NCBI GenBank assembly: GCA_964466605.1
Contig: CAYXSL010000002.1
Location: forward strand, 2,871-66,870
Reading direction: 5' to 3'
Source: an uncultured Verminephrobacter sp.
GTDB lineage: Bacteria > Pseudomonadota > Gammaproteobacteria > Burkholderiales > Burkholderiaceae_C
DNA length: 64,000 nt
The notes beneath the pieces were generated by a model. It saw only the letters and a program-made list of their open reading frames with translations, was not told the DNA's origin and ran no database searches. Shown here one piece after another: positions 19,601 through 28,426 of this stretch; within the stretch, counting starts at the first letter, position 1; each line of letters opens with the position of its first letter. Made by a program: the position numbers and the translations under genes.

Positions 19601-20778
19601 TCACTCTGGCTGCAGGCGCAGCAGCCGCCCCTGGGGACTGTCGGTCAGCAGGTAGAGAAGGCCATCCGGCCCCTGGCGCACATCGCGGATGCGTTCGCCA
19701 TTGCCTTGCAGCAGTTTTTCCTCGCGCAACACCTTGCCGTCTGCCAACTCCAGCCGGTGCAGGGTGCAAATTTGAGCGAGCCCACCATCAAGCTGCCCTG
19801 CCAGGCCGTGCCGTAGCGTGTGCTGGTCACAAAGGCCATGCCCGAGGGCGCGATGGACGGCGTCCAGTGGTGCAGCGGCGGCTCCATGCCTGCCTTGGCC
19901 GTGCCTTCGCCCATCTTTCCACCGCCATAGTTCTCGCCAAAGGTGACCACGGGCCAACCGTAGTTGCGGCCGGGCTGGGGCTGGTTGATTTCGTCGCCGC
20001 CTTGGGGGCCGTGCTCATGCATCCAGAGTTTGCCGTCCGGCCCCCAGGTGGCGCCCTGGGGGTTTCGGTGGCCATAGCTCCAGATCTCAGGCAAGGCGCC
20101 GGGCTGGCTGGTGGGTGGGTTGGTGGAAGGGGTGGCAAAGGGGTTGCCAGCAGGCACCGCGCCGTCGGGCGTGATGCGGATGACCTTGCCGTGGTGGTTG
20201 TCGAGCTTCTGTGCGTCGTCCTTGCGGTGGTAGCGCTCGCCCAGCCCCACAAACAGGTTGCCGTCCGGCGCCTGCACGATTCGGCAGCCAAAATGCAGCG
20301 CACTCTCGACCTTGGGCCGCTGGCTGAACACCACGCGCACGTCCTGCAGGCTGCGCCCGTCCGGCGTCAGTGTGGCGCGGGCCACAGCGGTGCTGTTGCC
20401 CACCCCACTGGCCGCGGGCTCGGAAAAGCAGAAGTAGATGCGCCGGTTGCGTGCAAAGTCGGCATCCGTCGCCACATCCAGCAGACCGCCTTGCCCGCCG
20501 GCGGCCACAGGGGGCACCCCGGCCAGGGCCGGACCCACCTCGCCGCTGGCGCTCACCACCCGCATGCGCCCCGGCCGTTCGGTGACCAGAAACTGCCCCC
20601 CCGGCAAAAAAGCCAGCGCCCAGGGGTTTGCCAGCCCGGTGGCCACCGGGACCAGTGAGACGGCCGGGCCGGTGCTCTGGGCTTCGTGGCTGGCCGCGCC
20701 AGTGGCCGCGATGCCAAAAGCTATCAAAAACATAGCTGCTTTGGCTTTACGAGTGCGCGCAAAGGCCCATTTTTTCAT
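19601..20778 (-). pseudogene. PQQ-dependent aldose sugar dehydrogenase (YliI-like), split by a 1-nt deletion near 19766 (pseudogene or sequencing error)
   Basis: PWALAFLP, TERPG, GQGGLLDV, SYGHRNPQG, HEHGPQGGDEIN, NYGWP. The frame leaves after GSLKF and the expected C-terminus (TLHRLELADGKV...RIRDVRQGPDGLLY) is in another frame. Confidence 0.85.
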
Positions 20779-20787
20779 GCAATTCAT
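20720..20787 (+). repeat. Dispersed ~65-bp repeat, copy c (overlaps the 5' end of the dehydrogenase CDS)
   Basis: GCTATCAAAAACATAGC core + TGCTTTGGCTTTACGAGTGCGCGCAAAGGCCCATTTTTT. Confidence 0.75.
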
Positions 20788-20980
20788 CGCAAAAAACTCC
20801 TCCACCCCAGGCGGCGCGCCACGGACACGCAAGCACCGCTGCCGCACAGCAAAACAGCCCGCCCATGCACGGCGCGACAGCCCCCCGTGCCTGGCCATCG
20901 CCATTTAGTTGAATCAAATCAATGGCTTGCAAAACTGCTTATTTTTAATAAACAACCATACCGTGTTACCCTTCGCCCCC

Positions 20981-21568
20981 ATGTCCAGATGGTTTTGCCT
21001 CCTCCTCCTGGTCTGCGCCACCACAGCGCAGGCAGCCCCCCAGACGGCCAATTCTGACGATATGGACCGTTTGCTCGCCGACAAAGGCCTGCTCACGCGG
21101 CTGGAAAACGTCAGTCACCAAGTGGCCGACAAAGCCCAGACGGTAGCTGGACGGGCCTCCGACCTGGTGGTCAACGCCATGGGTTTTTTGGGCGTACCGT
21201 ACAAACGTGGCGGCAACAGTGCCGAAACCGGGTTTGACTGCAGCGGTTTTGTCCGCGCCATGTACGAGCAGACCGTGGGCCTGCTGCTGCCCCGCCGCGC
21301 CGACCAGCAAGCGGCCGCCACCCAGGTCATCGACAAAAAGGAACTGCAGCCGGGCGACCTGGTGTTCTTCAACACCATGCGCCGCAATTTCAGCCATGTG
21401 GGCATCTACGTGGGCGACGGCAAATTTATCCATTCCCCCCGCAGCGGCTCGGAAATCCGGGTTGAAGACATGGGCATGGCCTACTGGAAGCGCCGCTTCA
21501 ACGGCGCACGCCGCGTGACTTCTACCGAGGGCGCCACCAGCGGCTCCTCGGTAGCGCAGGCGCAGTAA
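20981..21568 (+). CDS. NlpC/P60 (C40) peptidoglycan peptidase
   Basis: Signal peptide, GFDCSGFV, LQPGDLVFF, HVGIYVGDGKFIHSP. Confidence 0.92.
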   Translation: MSRWFCLLLLVCATTAQAAPQTANSDDMDRLLADKGLLTRLENVSHQVADKAQTVAGRASDLVVNAMGFLGVPYKRGGNSAETGFDCSGFVRAMYEQTVGLLLPRRADQQAAATQVIDKKELQPGDLVFFNTMRRNFSHVGIYVGDGKFIHSPRSGSEIRVEDMGMAYWKRRFNGARRVTSTEGATSGSSVAQAQ

Positions 21569-21617
21569 ACCCTGCCGCGGCGCTGGCCGCTATGCCTTGG
21601 CGCAAGGGCGGCAGGGG

Positions 21618-22001
21618 TCAGCGCTGGATTTCGTACACCGTCTCGGTGCTGCGGATCGGCCCCCCCACTATGTTCACCGGCCCGGCCGATGGGTCTTTGA
21701 GCAGGGCCTGGGCGGCCGCCATGTCACTCTGGTAACGCGCGCGGGCCTGGGATTCGCAGGCCTTGCGCTCTACAATTGCCAGGGTCCGGCATTCTTCCAG
21801 GCTGACCTTGAGCCCGCCACCCGCCTCGCGGATGGCCGACTGGTATCGCTGCCGAGGTGTCGTGTCTGGCGTCGCTCCCCTGGCAAGCGAGGCTTCGTCT
21901 CCCTGTGCAAGGGCTCCTGTGGGCAGGGCCAGCAGCCCCCCCAGGGCGCAGGCAGCAAGCGCCAGGGCGGCACCGGAGCGGGTCCAACGTGAACAGGTCA
22001 T
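21618..22001 (-). CDS. Secreted hypothetical protein
   Basis: Signal peptide ending ALA-Q, helical body with a Cys pair (EECR...KACE). Confidence 0.7.
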   Translation of the reverse strand: MTCSRWTRSGAALALAACALGGLLALPTGALAQGDEASLARGATPDTTPRQRYQSAIREAGGGLKVSLEECRTLAIVERKACESQARARYQSDMAAAQALLKDPSAGPVNIVGGPIRSTETVYEIQR

Positions 22002-22173
22002 GGGAGCATCCTTTCTTGGTGGATCGAGACAAGCCGGGGTCGGCAGGCTGCGTACAGCGGCCCCGCCGCCGAGCCCTGCGGCACACACAGCCCCACTGTA
22101 GTTTTACGGCCGGGCCCGGGCCCGCCAGCAGGTGCCGCGCTACCATGTCAGACACCGCCCACAGGCCGCCGCC

Positions 22174-22869
22174 ATGCACCACCCATCCGCGCCACACGGA
22201 GCCCAGGCCCCGCACGACAAGGACTACCTGCGCCGCCTGCTGGCCGAGCGCAACCAGGCACCCGCCAATGCCGCAGGCATCGACGCCGCCATTGAGCACG
22301 CCTTTGTGCGCAATGTGGCGATTCTGGTGCTGGACATGTGCGGCTTCTCCCGCATCACGCAAAGCCACGGCATCATCCATTTCCTGGCGATGATTCACCA
22401 GATGGAGCAGGCGGCCCGCCCCGCCATCCGGGGCAATGGCGGCGAAATCATCAAACAGGAGGCCGACAACCTGTTTGCGGTGTTCAACACACCCGCGCAG
22501 GCGCTGGACGCCGCGCTGGACACTTTGCGTGCCCTGCAGGCGATGAACACCGTGCTGCCGCCCGAACGCATCCTGAACGTGAGCGCAGGCATCGGCTTTG
22601 GCCCCACGCTGGTGATTGCGCAGCAGGACCTTTTTGGCCCCGAGATGAATTGCGCGTGCAAGCTCGGCGAAGACATTGCTGGCGCCAACGACATCCTGCT
22701 GACCGAAGCCGCCCATGCAGCCTTGCCGCCGGGCCGCTACGTCTGCGACAGCGCCTGCTACCAGATTTCCGGCATGGATCTGCATGCGCACCGCTACGGG
22801 CACTGCCTGTTCGAGCGGCCCTTGAACCCACCGCCCCCGGGCGTCCATCCCCCGGGTGAACCCAGGTGA
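22174..22869 (+). CDS. Stand-alone class III adenylate/guanylate cyclase domain protein
   Basis: LVLDMCGFS (first Asp), IKQEADNLFA (Lys + second Asp), DLFGPEMNCACKL (N-x-A-x-R/K-L). Confidence 0.8.
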   Translation: MHHPSAPHGAQAPHDKDYLRRLLAERNQAPANAAGIDAAIEHAFVRNVAILVLDMCGFSRITQSHGIIHFLAMIHQMEQAARPAIRGNGGEIIKQEADNLFAVFNTPAQALDAALDTLRALQAMNTVLPPERILNVSAGIGFGPTLVIAQQDLFGPEMNCACKLGEDIAGANDILLTEAAHAALPPGRYVCDSACYQISGMDLHAHRYGHCLFERPLNPPPPGVHPPGEPR

Positions 22870-22994
22870 ACCACACTCTGGGCATTGTCCGACACAGGGG
22901 TATCCGCCTCTTCGGTACAGTCCTCTCTGGCCCACCTTCATCACATCCACCCGCAAGCTCCTGCAAGCTCGCACAAGTTAACAAAGGGGAAAAC

Positions 22995-23249
22995 ATGCTG
23001 TCAATTCTGGGAACGCTGCTGGTCGGTCTGGTCGTGGGTTTTATTGCCCGCGCCATCAAACCTGGAGATGACAAACTGGGCTGGATCATGACCGCGCTGC
23101 TGGGTGTGGCGGGCTCCTTCCTGGCCAGCTACGTGGGCATCGCCATGGGCTGGTATGCGCAGGGCGACTCGGCTGGCTGGATCGCCTCGGTGCTGGGCGC
23201 CGTGGTGTTGCTGGTGGTGTACAGCCTGCTCAAAGGCAAGTCGTCGTAA
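22995..23249 (+). CDS. GlsB/YeaQ/YmgE (transglycosylase-associated) membrane protein
   Basis: GLVVGFIARAIKPG...LLGVAGSFLA...GWIASVLGAVVLL; purine-rich SD upstream. Confidence 0.88.
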   Translation: MLSILGTLLVGLVVGFIARAIKPGDDKLGWIMTALLGVAGSFLASYVGIAMGWYAQGDSAGWIASVLGAVVLLVVYSLLKGKSS

Positions 23250-23270
23250 ACCGCCGCTCTGGACAACCCC

Positions 23271-23780
23271 ATGCCCAGCTCTTCGCAAATGGCCGCCGGC
23301 GACCCGGACCTGGCCGCCGCCGTGCGGCGTGCCCGCAAACTGCTGCACCGGCGCGCCCTGGTGGCCGCAGCCGCCAGCATGGTGCCCGTGCCGGGCCTCG
23401 ACTGGGCCGTGGATGCGGCCCTGCTGTCCCGGCTGATTCCGCATATCAGCGCCGAGTTTGGCCTGTCCGCCGGACAGATCGACCAGCTCGACCCCAGCAA
23501 ACGCGAACAGGTGCAAAAGGCCGTGGGCCTGGTCGGCTCGGTGCTGATCGGCAAGCTGATCACGCGCGAGCTGGTGCTGCGCGCCGCGCAGACCGTGGGC
23601 CTGCGCCTGACCACCAAGCAGGTCGCCAAGTACGTGCCCCTGGCGGGGCAGGCCGTGGCCGCCACCTTGGGCTACGCCACGCTGCGCTACCTGGGCGAGC
23701 AGCACCTGCGCGACTGCGTGCAGGTGGTGCAGGAGGCCCGGCTGCAACTGCCCGCCCCTGCCTCTGCCGCGCGCAGGTAG
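23271..23780 (+). CDS. Hypothetical protein (DUF697/EcsC-like helical protein)
   Basis: AAASMVPVPGLDWAVD and KYVPLAGQAVAA motifs; family assignment is tentative. Confidence 0.65.
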   Translation: MPSSSQMAAGDPDLAAAVRRARKLLHRRALVAAAASMVPVPGLDWAVDAALLSRLIPHISAEFGLSAGQIDQLDPSKREQVQKAVGLVGSVLIGKLITRELVLRAAQTVGLRLTTKQVAKYVPLAGQAVAATLGYATLRYLGEQHLRDCVQVVQEARLQLPAPASAARR

Positions 23781-23792
23781 CCCTGGGCAGGC

Positions 23793-25487
23793 CTACTCTG
23801 CCGCGCAGACAAAGCTGCTGGCGTCTTCCACATTGCCCGAGCCCTTGTATTTGGCGAACTGCGGGTAGGCGCACAGCGGCCGCGTGCGGTGGGGCATGAA
23901 GGTGTTGGCGGGCAGCGCCTTGGCCGCAATGGTGTCGGGCGCCACCCCCTTCTCCACCCAGTCCACCATGGCCTGGATCGAATCAAAGTTGTCTGTGGCC
24001 GGGCCGCCCGAGCAGTGGTTCATGCCCGGCACGAGGAAGGTGCGCGCAAAGCCCTGCGTGGCCGCCATGCCGCCATTGTTGGCTGCCAGACGCTCGTAAT
24101 ACTCCAGGGTGTCCAGCGCCGAAAAGATCGGGTCGGACATGCCGTGGATGAACAGCATCTTGCCGCCGCGCTGCTTAAAGGCCGCCAGCTTGTCATCGCG
24201 GTAGGTGTCATAGATGGCCGAGTAAGCCTCCATGCGCGCCGGGTCGGTGTCGAAGTTGAAGGCCAGCGGGTTGAAGCTGAGGTCCGGCGGCGTGAAGAAC
24301 TCGTTCACCAGCGCATCCACCATCAGGGTGATGTAGCGCGCATCGGGTGTGGCGGTGGTGGCGCTGCCCAGCGTCCAGCTGCGCCAGCCGGGCGCAGCCA
24401 GGCCCGGGTCCCAGGGCTGTCCGGCATACAAGGCTTTGCCTGCAGAGTTGCGCGGGCCAGCAAACACGCTCTTGAGTGCACCCACCTGGGCGCTGCTCAG
24501 GCAGCTCGCGCCCTTGGCGCCGGTGCACTGCAGCACCGCCGGGTCAAACTTGCAGGCCTTGACGTTGTTCACCAGGCCGTCGGCCACGCCATCGGCTGCG
24601 TCGCACGACGACTTGACCGCATCGGCCACCAGGTTCAGGTCGGCGTTGCTGAACGCCTGCGACAGGATGCGCTTGCCCGATGCGTCCTGCGGGGCGATGG
24701 CGTCGAACTGAATGGTGTTCCACATGGCCGCCACGGTGGCGCCGCTCGACACGCGCATGGCGGGCGCACCGGCGGTGATGGCGTCAAAGTAGTCCGGGAA
24801 ACGCTGCGAGAACATCATGCCCTGGCGCCCACCGCCCGAGCAGCCCGAGAAGTACGAATGGTCGGGCTTGCGGCCATAGCGCGTGGCAATCAGCGACTTG
24901 GCGGCCACAGCCGTCTTGTCATACGAGTTGTAGGCATGGTCGATGCGCGCCTGCGGGTCGGCTCCGAAGCTGGCGGTGGTGCCGGTGTGCCCCGCGTCGG
25001 TGGACACCACCGCAAAGCCCTGCCCCAGCGGCGACGGCGTGCCGCCCGAGATGCTGGAGCTGAGCGAGGTATCGCGCAGGATGCCGTCGTTGCCGCCCCC
25101 GCCAATGAACAGGAAACGCCCGTTCCATTGGTCGGGCAGGCTCAGCTGAAAGCCGATGGCGTAGTTCTTGCCATCCACGCCCACACGGGGATTGATGGCG
25201 CCCGTGACCACGCAGTGGCCCGGCAGGAAGGTGCCGGTGGCCGCGCCGCCCGGGCGTTTGGTGTCTGCCGCCACATAGCTGGTGGTGAGCGTGGTGGCCG
25301 CCAGCCCGGCCTTGGTGGGCAGCTCGGCGCAGGCCGCAGCGGGCGTGAGCTGCTGGGCCAACGCATCGCCATTGCCGCCACCGCAGGCGGCCATCAGCAG
25401 GGGCATGGTGAGTGCGGCGGGGGCCAGCTTGCGGCGCAGTCCCGCAGCCGGGGGGCTGGCGGGTTGCTGGGTGTGGAGAAAGGGCAT
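23793..25487 (-). CDS. Tannase/feruloyl esterase-family lipoprotein (MHETase-like)
   Basis: Lipobox-like LMAAC, WNGRF, GCSGGGR (Cys-Ser nucleophile), HGMSD, PGMNHCSGG (His-Cys), RTRPLCAYP. Confidence 0.92.
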   Translation of the reverse strand: MPFLHTQQPASPPAAGLRRKLAPAALTMPLLMAACGGGNGDALAQQLTPAAACAELPTKAGLAATTLTTSYVAADTKRPGGAATGTFLPGHCVVTGAINPRVGVDGKNYAIGFQLSLPDQWNGRFLFIGGGGNDGILRDTSLSSSISGGTPSPLGQGFAVVSTDAGHTGTTASFGADPQARIDHAYNSYDKTAVAAKSLIATRYGRKPDHSYFSGCSGGGRQGMMFSQRFPDYFDAITAGAPAMRVSSGATVAAMWNTIQFDAIAPQDASGKRILSQAFSNADLNLVADAVKSSCDAADGVADGLVNNVKACKFDPAVLQCTGAKGASCLSSAQVGALKSVFAGPRNSAGKALYAGQPWDPGLAAPGWRSWTLGSATTATPDARYITLMVDALVNEFFTPPDLSFNPLAFNFDTDPARMEAYSAIYDTYRDDKLAAFKQRGGKMLFIHGMSDPIFSALDTLEYYERLAANNGGMAATQGFARTFLVPGMNHCSGGPATDNFDSIQAMVDWVEKGVAPDTIAAKALPANTFMPHRTRPLCAYPQFAKYKGSGNVEDASSFVCAAE

Positions 25488-25626
25488 GGTGGGTGTCTCC
25501 GGTGTGTTGTAGTTGGAATAAGAGCGGAGCGCGTGCCCGGCGCCGGGCACGGCTGCGCCCCGGCCCGTGCCGCCTGGCAGGTGCGCGGGTCTGGATGCGG
25601 GGGAATGTGTGGAGGAAGCCGGGCGC

Positions 25627-26628
25627 TCAGTCGGCCTTGAAGCCGGTGGCGGCCACGGCCTTGCCCCAGGTCACCGTGTCGGCGGCGATGGTGCGCGCGA
25701 AGTCCTGCGGGCTGGTGCCCGTCACGCGGAATCCAGCCTCTTCCATCTTGGCCCTGCCCTCGGGCGATTGCACGGCTTTGACGATGTCGGCGCTCAGTTT
25801 GGCGACGATGTCAGCAGGCGTCTTGGCCGGGGCCACGATGCCGAACCACGAAGAGAACTCCAGGTTGGCATAGCCCTGCTCCTTGATCGTGGGCACGTCG
25901 GGCAGCGCGTTGGTGCGCAGGGCGCCGGTGGAGCCCAGCGCCGCCAGCTTGCCCGCCTTCACATTGGGGGCGGCCAGGCCCACGCTGGCAAACACACCCT
26001 GCACGTCGCCGCTGAACAGGCCACCCAGCGCGTCCGCAGTGTTCTTGTAGTGCACGGGCTCGGGCTTGAGCTTGACCGCGTCGCCAAACATGAAGGCGCC
26101 AAAGTGCCCCGGCGTGCCCGCGCCAAACGTGGCCAGAAACAGGCCCTTTTGCTGCTTGGTCCAGTCCACAAACTCTTTCACATTGCGCGCAGGCACTTTT
26201 TGTGGGTTGACCAGCAGCACGAAGTCGGAGGTGACGACCTGGCTCACCGGCACGAAGTCCTTGGCCGGGTCGTAGGGCAGCTTGTTGTAGCTGCTGGGGG
26301 CAATGCTGAGCTGACCTGTCTCGCCCAGCATCAGCGTGTAGCCGTCGGGCGCGGCGCGCGCGGCCTCGCTGGCCGCGATCAGGCCCCCTGCGCCGGGTTT
26401 GTTGTCCACGATCACTCCCGCATTGCCCCAGCCCTCCGACAGCTTTTGCGCCAGCAGGCGCGCCACGATGTCCGGCCCCGTGCCTGCCGGAAAGCCCACG
26501 ATGATGCGCACGGGCTTGCTGGGGTAGGCCGCAGCCCCCTGTGCCTGGGCCCCCGCCCAGGGCGCGAGCCCGGCGAGGAGGGATGCAGCCACCAGGGCGC
26601 GGCGCAGGGGGTGAGCGGTGTTTTTCAT
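25627..26628 (-). CDS. Bug/TctC tripartite tricarboxylate transporter substrate-binding protein
   Basis: YPSKPVRIIVGFPAGTGPD, VDNKPGAGG, APDGYTL, LPDVPTIKEQG. Confidence 0.92.
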   Translation of the reverse strand: MKNTAHPLRRALVAASLLAGLAPWAGAQAQGAAAYPSKPVRIIVGFPAGTGPDIVARLLAQKLSEGWGNAGVIVDNKPGAGGLIAASEAARAAPDGYTLMLGETGQLSIAPSSYNKLPYDPAKDFVPVSQVVTSDFVLLVNPQKVPARNVKEFVDWTKQQKGLFLATFGAGTPGHFGAFMFGDAVKLKPEPVHYKNTADALGGLFSGDVQGVFASVGLAAPNVKAGKLAALGSTGALRTNALPDVPTIKEQGYANLEFSSWFGIVAPAKTPADIVAKLSADIVKAVQSPEGRAKMEEAGFRVTGTSPQDFARTIAADTVTWGKAVAATGFKAD

Positions 26629-26720
26629 GGTGTCTCCAGGTATTTGTGCGTTGGGAAAGGTCAAAAGATCAAAGAAAGGGGCAACACGGAGGCAATGGGG
26701 CGGCACAAAGGGGCGGGCCG

Positions 26721-27197
26721 CTAGCGCAGTTCGAAGAAACGCATGGCCACGGCGTCCGGGTAACGCGCGCCGGTGCCCACGAACATGCGCTCGGCAATCC
26801 AGGACAGCGCGGGCGATGCGGTTTCAAAACTCGGACTGCAGCGGAAGTAGACTTGCGCCGGGTCCACCAGCTCGCCACGCACCAGGCGGGCAATCAGCTC
26901 GGCCGGGCCTGAGCGCACGGCACGGTTTTGCACATAGATCAGGTCGCCCCCGTCAGTCTCCAGCACATAGCGTGCATCCAGCTCGGACAGCCGGTCGTTC
27001 ACGATGAGCTGGAAGTCTGCGCCGCCCGGCAGCACCCGCGCGCTCCAGCCATCGCCAGTGGCGGTGCCGCCCAGGATGGGGATCAGCCTGCGCAGGCCGT
27101 GCACGGTGTGGCCCACCTCCTGGGGGTTGCCAACCTCCACGCGGAGATCGGCAAAAAACTGGAATTGCGGCGGGGGCAGGGAAATGGGGTCAGGCAT
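26721..27197 (-). CDS. DUF3237 (UPF0311) family protein
   Basis: RRLIPILGG, VLPGGADFQ, LDARYVLETDGGDLIYV, YFRCSPSFET. Confidence 0.85.
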   Translation of the reverse strand: MPDPISLPPPQFQFFADLRVEVGNPQEVGHTVHGLRRLIPILGGTATGDGWSARVLPGGADFQLIVNDRLSELDARYVLETDGGDLIYVQNRAVRSGPAELIARLVRGELVDPAQVYFRCSPSFETASPALSWIAERMFVGTGARYPDAVAMRFFELR

Positions 27198-27229
27198 GGC
27201 ACCTAGCGTAAGTCCCGTTGCAACCAGCG

Positions 27230-27253
27230 CCTGTCATCCCAGAGGATGACGGG
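27230..27253. promoter_or_regulatory. Palindromic operator candidate between divergent DUF3237 and LuxR-type regulator genes
   Basis: CCTGTCATCC-CAGA-GGATGACGGG with a perfect 7-4-7 core. Confidence 0.6.
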
Positions 27254-27346
27254 ATAACCCGAGCGCCCTGGTGGCCACATTGGCAGCGGTTTCAACGCAC
27301 ACTCCACGTTTTCGCATCCCATTTACCTCGCAATTTCCGACTTTCC

Positions 27347-28243
27347 ATGCGGCAGTGGCTCCCCTCCTCCTCCCAGACTGCGCCTGGCCGGCAGGTGCTG
27401 CACAGTCCCGCCAGCCAGACGCTGGCCAGCATGGTCCACCGCCTGGGTGGCGACGGCTTTGCGCCGGGCCTGCTGCAAGACCTGGAGCCGGTGTTGCCCG
27501 CTGCCTCCTGGTCGGTGTACCGCACCGGCCACCGCTGCAAGCCCACGCTGTTCATGTCGGCCAGCCGGGGCGTGCCCGACACCACACAGGATTGCTGGTG
27601 GGCCTATCTCTCAGGCCCCTACCGCAGCGACCGCACCTGGGGCCGCCCGTTTGACGAAGTGCCCGTGGCCGCGCCCGAAACGCGCCTGTGCCATGTGACC
27701 GCGACCGAGGTCGAGGGCGAGCACCGTGCCCGGGTGTATGAAGCCCACGGCGTGGCCGAGCGCGTGTCGGTGGTGGAGTATGAAAGCGATGGTTCGGTGT
27801 TTGCGGTCAACTTCTACCGCCACCAGCACCAGCGCGCGTTCAGCGACCGGCAGATCAGCGCATTCGAGTCGGTGGCACCCGTGCTGCTGGCGCTCACACG
27901 CAAGCACATCGACCTGTCGCACCCCCACCTGCCCCCCGCCCCGTTGTGGCCGGACACGGCCGCGCCTGGCCCCGTATTGGCGCTGCCAGCCGATGCTGCG
28001 CTGGCCCCGCTGGCTGCGGACGCCCTGCCCGTGCTGCGCATGCGCCTGGTGCGCCTGCAGGCCGAGCTGACCGACCGCGAGCTGGACGTGTGTGCCCGCC
28101 TGCTGCAGGGCATGACCCACGAGGGCATCGCCAGCGACCTGGGCCTGGGCGTGCCCACCGTCAAGACCTACCGCAACCGCGCGTTTGCGCGCCTGGGCAT
28201 CCACTTTCGCAACGAGCTGTTTGCGCGGGTGCTGGGCGGCTGA
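27347..28243 (+). CDS. LuxR/CsgD-type HTH transcriptional regulator with N-terminal sensor domain
   Basis: C-terminal LTDRELDVCARLLQGMTHEGIASDLGLGVPTVKTYRNRAFARLG; start codon uncertain. Confidence 0.85.
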   Translation: MRQWLPSSSQTAPGRQVLHSPASQTLASMVHRLGGDGFAPGLLQDLEPVLPAASWSVYRTGHRCKPTLFMSASRGVPDTTQDCWWAYLSGPYRSDRTWGRPFDEVPVAAPETRLCHVTATEVEGEHRARVYEAHGVAERVSVVEYESDGSVFAVNFYRHQHQRAFSDRQISAFESVAPVLLALTRKHIDLSHPHLPPAPLWPDTAAPGPVLALPADAALAPLAADALPVLRMRLVRLQAELTDRELDVCARLLQGMTHEGIASDLGLGVPTVKTYRNRAFARLGIHFRNELFARVLGG

Positions 28244-28426
28244 GCCAGTGCCTGCTGCTCCCCTGACGGGCCAGCAGGGCAACGCGCACGCTTTCGACCG
28301 CATCCTGGGCCTGCACGAGGAACAGGCGGCCAGACAGTGTTGCCAGAATACGTAACGGGCTTCACCATCGAACTGCTGGCCCGCCCCATGGGCCCGCATG
28401 CAAACTACATAACAACCCCACGACCG

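Noticed and set aside
19760-19775. Programmed frameshift in the PQQ dehydrogenase
   Set aside because: C_AAA_TTT is not an X_XXY_YYZ slippery site; a simple deletion explains it.
23793-25487. Claim that this organism degrades PET
   Set aside because: No PETase or terephthalate dioxygenase genes in the window; similarity to MHETase does not fix the substrate.
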